Position numbers and translations under genes: made by a program
Source of the DNA: an uncultured virus (IMG/VR IMGVR_UViG_3300045391_005857)
Taxonomy: Duplodnaviria > Heunggongvirae > Uroviricota > Caudoviricetes
Length of the DNA stretch: 57,257 bases
Direction: 5' to 3' (one strand)
IMG/VR virus record: IMGVR_UViG_3300045391_005857
Part shown: piece by piece, positions 56,201 to 57,257 of the stretch
Layout of the letters: the number at the start of each line of letters is the position of its first letter
How positions within the stretch are numbered: the stretch's first letter is position 1
Notes under the pieces: model-generated
Told to the model about the DNA's origin: nothing
Databases searched by the model: none
Seen by the model: only the letters and a program-made list of their open reading frames with translations

Positions 56201-57257
56201 ACAACAACCGGATCAATATCATGGCCTTGCGGGATAGCGACCTGGAACATCTGACCGGCGACCGCGAGCTGCAGAACGTCGAGACGGTCGACTGGCGAGA
56301 CTTCCTCAAGCCGATCGACGGCGGTCTGTTCGATCCTCGGCTCACCGGCGGCCCGGGCGGTAATCGCTGGTCGCACATCACGCTGCAGCACCCGCTACCA
56401 AACCCGGTAATGGAAGAGCCCATCCGGCGGTTGCTCAATCTGACGACGCCCCAATTCCACGACGTGCTCAGCGGCAAAGAACAGTTGCAAGGCCGTACCG
56501 GCCCCGAGGCGATCTCCGCTGCTTTGAATTCGATCGATCTCGGCAAAGAACTGGAACGAGCCCGCATCGAGTGCCACAGCAACCGCCGCACGGCTCGCGA
56601 TGCGGCGATCCGTCGCTTGAAGTACCTGAAATCGGCACAAGAATCGAACACGCATCCGAGGGAGTGGATGTTATCGAAGGTCCCCGTCTTGCCGCCGGCC
56701 TTTCGCCCGGTGTCAACTATCGGACCGAAGAAGCTGCCGCTCGTAGCGGACCCCAACTATCTCTACAAGGAGGTGTTCGACGCCAACCAGGCGTGGAAGG
56801 ATGTCGCGAAGGATATCGGCGACGCTGGTGACGAGCAGTTGGCGACCTACAAAGCATTCAAGGCTGTGACCGGGTTGGGCGATCCGATCCAGCCGAAGAA
56901 CCAAGAACGCCGCGTAAGAGGAATCCTCGAACATGTCTTCGGCTCTTCTCCCAAAACAGGTGCTGTACAATATCGATTACTGGGAAGACCAGTTGATCTC
57001 GTCGGTCGTGCGGTTATTGCACCGGACCCTGACCTGGATATGGACCAAGTTGGCGTCCCCGAGCATCGAGCTTGGGAAATCTATAAACCCTTCATTGTCC
57101 GACGACTCGTCCGCAGCGGCATGCCCCGAATTCAAGCCGCTCGGGCCGCTGAAGAGAGACACGAGGATGCTCGGAAAGCCCTCCTCCAAGAGATGGAAGC
57201 GCGGCCGGTTATCATCAACCGTGCCCCGACGCTCCACCGGTACGGGGTGATGGCGGC
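53224..57257 (+). CDS. rpoBC: fused beta-beta' DNA-directed RNA polymerase (3' partial; not in ORF track)
   Basis: Stop-free frame from ATG 53224: PWMTDRGTFIYNG, DDRDHL, VHPSQYG..RTPE, MNFEDA, GDKLSGRYGDKG, MKLHH, GAKRVG, then GLFDPRLTG, VPVLPPAFRP, LLGRPVD, NRAPTLH. Confidence 0.95.
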   Translation, partial: MTSILDPPGSSPAPAKPKLRRFDDTQSTRSAIFDNVLHAAKSIEPITNPRHTLSLTNLKYTGPEGYSLADQKKAILSNQSLHRRLQGTWQLTDTASGKPLASRTATIAHVPWMTDRGTFIYNGTEYTMANQFRLLPGVYTRRKSNGELEAHVNVAKGLGHRLHLDPESGVFHAQFGQAKIPLYPLLKTLGIHDSKLREVWGNDLTAANAAKDDPQAMRKLYTKLLRYGTDTDDMSKRAAIAKVISQMELDPAVTKRTLGQSYKNVSADVILAATKKLLDINRGEAEEDDRDHLAYQRVLGPEDMFAEAMHRARDVGRKLLWKAAVKNTLDHVPAGAYTPAINDTLLNSGLGMPLEEVNTGEIFDQLTRITRMGRGGIPSLDAVPDESRAVHPSQYGFVDFLRTPESSKVGVDLRLARSALKGDDGRVYTPVRDVRRGAIAPKSPQELADSVLAFPGEMESGRPYVHAFVRGKQRVIPRQQVEYSLPSGEDVFSPLGNLIPMKSAVKGQRSVMAARMVTQALPLRDPEAPLVQSGVPNQKDHSYEHEYGTRLGAIRHSGSEPGRVLSVAPDSIVVESSGGRQTIELHQHLPFNRKTFFHQEPVVHPGDTVQPGQLLARSNFTDSNGAAALGKNARVAYIPWGGMNFEDANVVSRSYADRMTSEHMYQHGVEWDDNTKRGKSAFQALFPAKYPKQVLANFDQHGVIQPGTEVKQGSPLILVARQREPRKGVVHRSQGPSFSDESVTWDHHAPGVVTDVVHTGKGVQVVVKTAHGLEVGDKLSGRYGDKGVVAAIVDDHEMPQDASGQPFEVLLNPSGISTRTNPAQIFEAGLGKIAAAHGKPYKVQDFSGTDDLNEYVTQELNKHGLQARETITDPRTGRQIPDIYTGNRWLMKLHHTAESKYQGRGLGAYTADETPAKGGTEGAKRVGMLELNSLLSHGATNVVRDIGLVRGQANPQYWSQFMAGFKPPTPKVPHVYEKFVNQLKASGINVVRDNNRINIMALRDSDLEHLTGDRELQNVETVDWRDFLKPIDGGLFDPRLTGGPGGNRWSHITLQHPLPNPVMEEPIRRLLNLTTPQFHDVLSGKEQLQGRTGPEAISAALNSIDLGKELERARIECHSNRRTARDAAIRRLKYLKSAQESNTHPREWMLSKVPVLPPAFRPVSTIGPKKLPLVADPNYLYKEVFDANQAWKDVAKDIGDAGDEQLATYKAFKAVTGLGDPIQPKNQERRVRGILEHVFGSSPKTGAVQYRLLGRPVDLVGRAVIAPDPDLDMDQVGVPEHRAWEIYKPFIVRRLVRSGMPRIQAARAAEERHEDARKALLQEMEARPVIINRAPTLHRYGVMA

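Noticed and set aside
53188..57250. The short ORFs listed in the track over the RNAP region
   Set aside because: Antisense or off-frame shadows of the long RNAP frame, typical of GC-rich DNA. The same applies to most overlapping ORFs elsewhere.
53224..57257. Host chromosomal rpoB-rpoC
   Set aside because: No rplL or other housekeeping neighbours, strong divergence and domain loss, and phage-like context.
1..57257. Stop-codon reassignment, tRNAs, DGR or retron
   Set aside because: Genes tile well using all three stops; I saw no cloverleaf or reverse transcriptase, though a by-eye scan can miss tRNAs.

Overview
This looks like a 57 kb slice of a large, GC-rich phage or phage-like element, probably infecting a Planctomycetota host (inferred from protein styles). 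It is tightly packed with mostly + strand genes in the standard genetic code and has no host housekeeping operon. About 6-22 kb is a dense run of small accessory genes. Roughly 11 of them, otherwise mostly unrelated, start with the same N-terminal tag M-I-x-(I/V)-P-F, usually on RTGA stop/start overlaps. Next come virion-like proteins, secreted proteases, a glycosyltransferase/radical-SAM/methyltransferase block, and a 1061-aa 2H-phosphoesterase + Zn-ribbon + HExxH + SNF2 fusion whose domains are separated by K-x-A motifs. A possible holin/thioredoxin/papain lysis-like cassette follows. The window ends in a >1340-codon ORF missing from the ORF track (open at the edge) that encodes a compact, fused beta-beta' RNA polymerase. 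Non-coding signals are a promoter-driven, highly structured ~240-nt RNA (39775-40015), a second structured leader (6306-6494), a duplicated 22-bp Pho-box-like operator, and a dispersed, oriented 13-mer GGTACTTAGAAAC. All family calls come from motif reading by eye; no database search was run.
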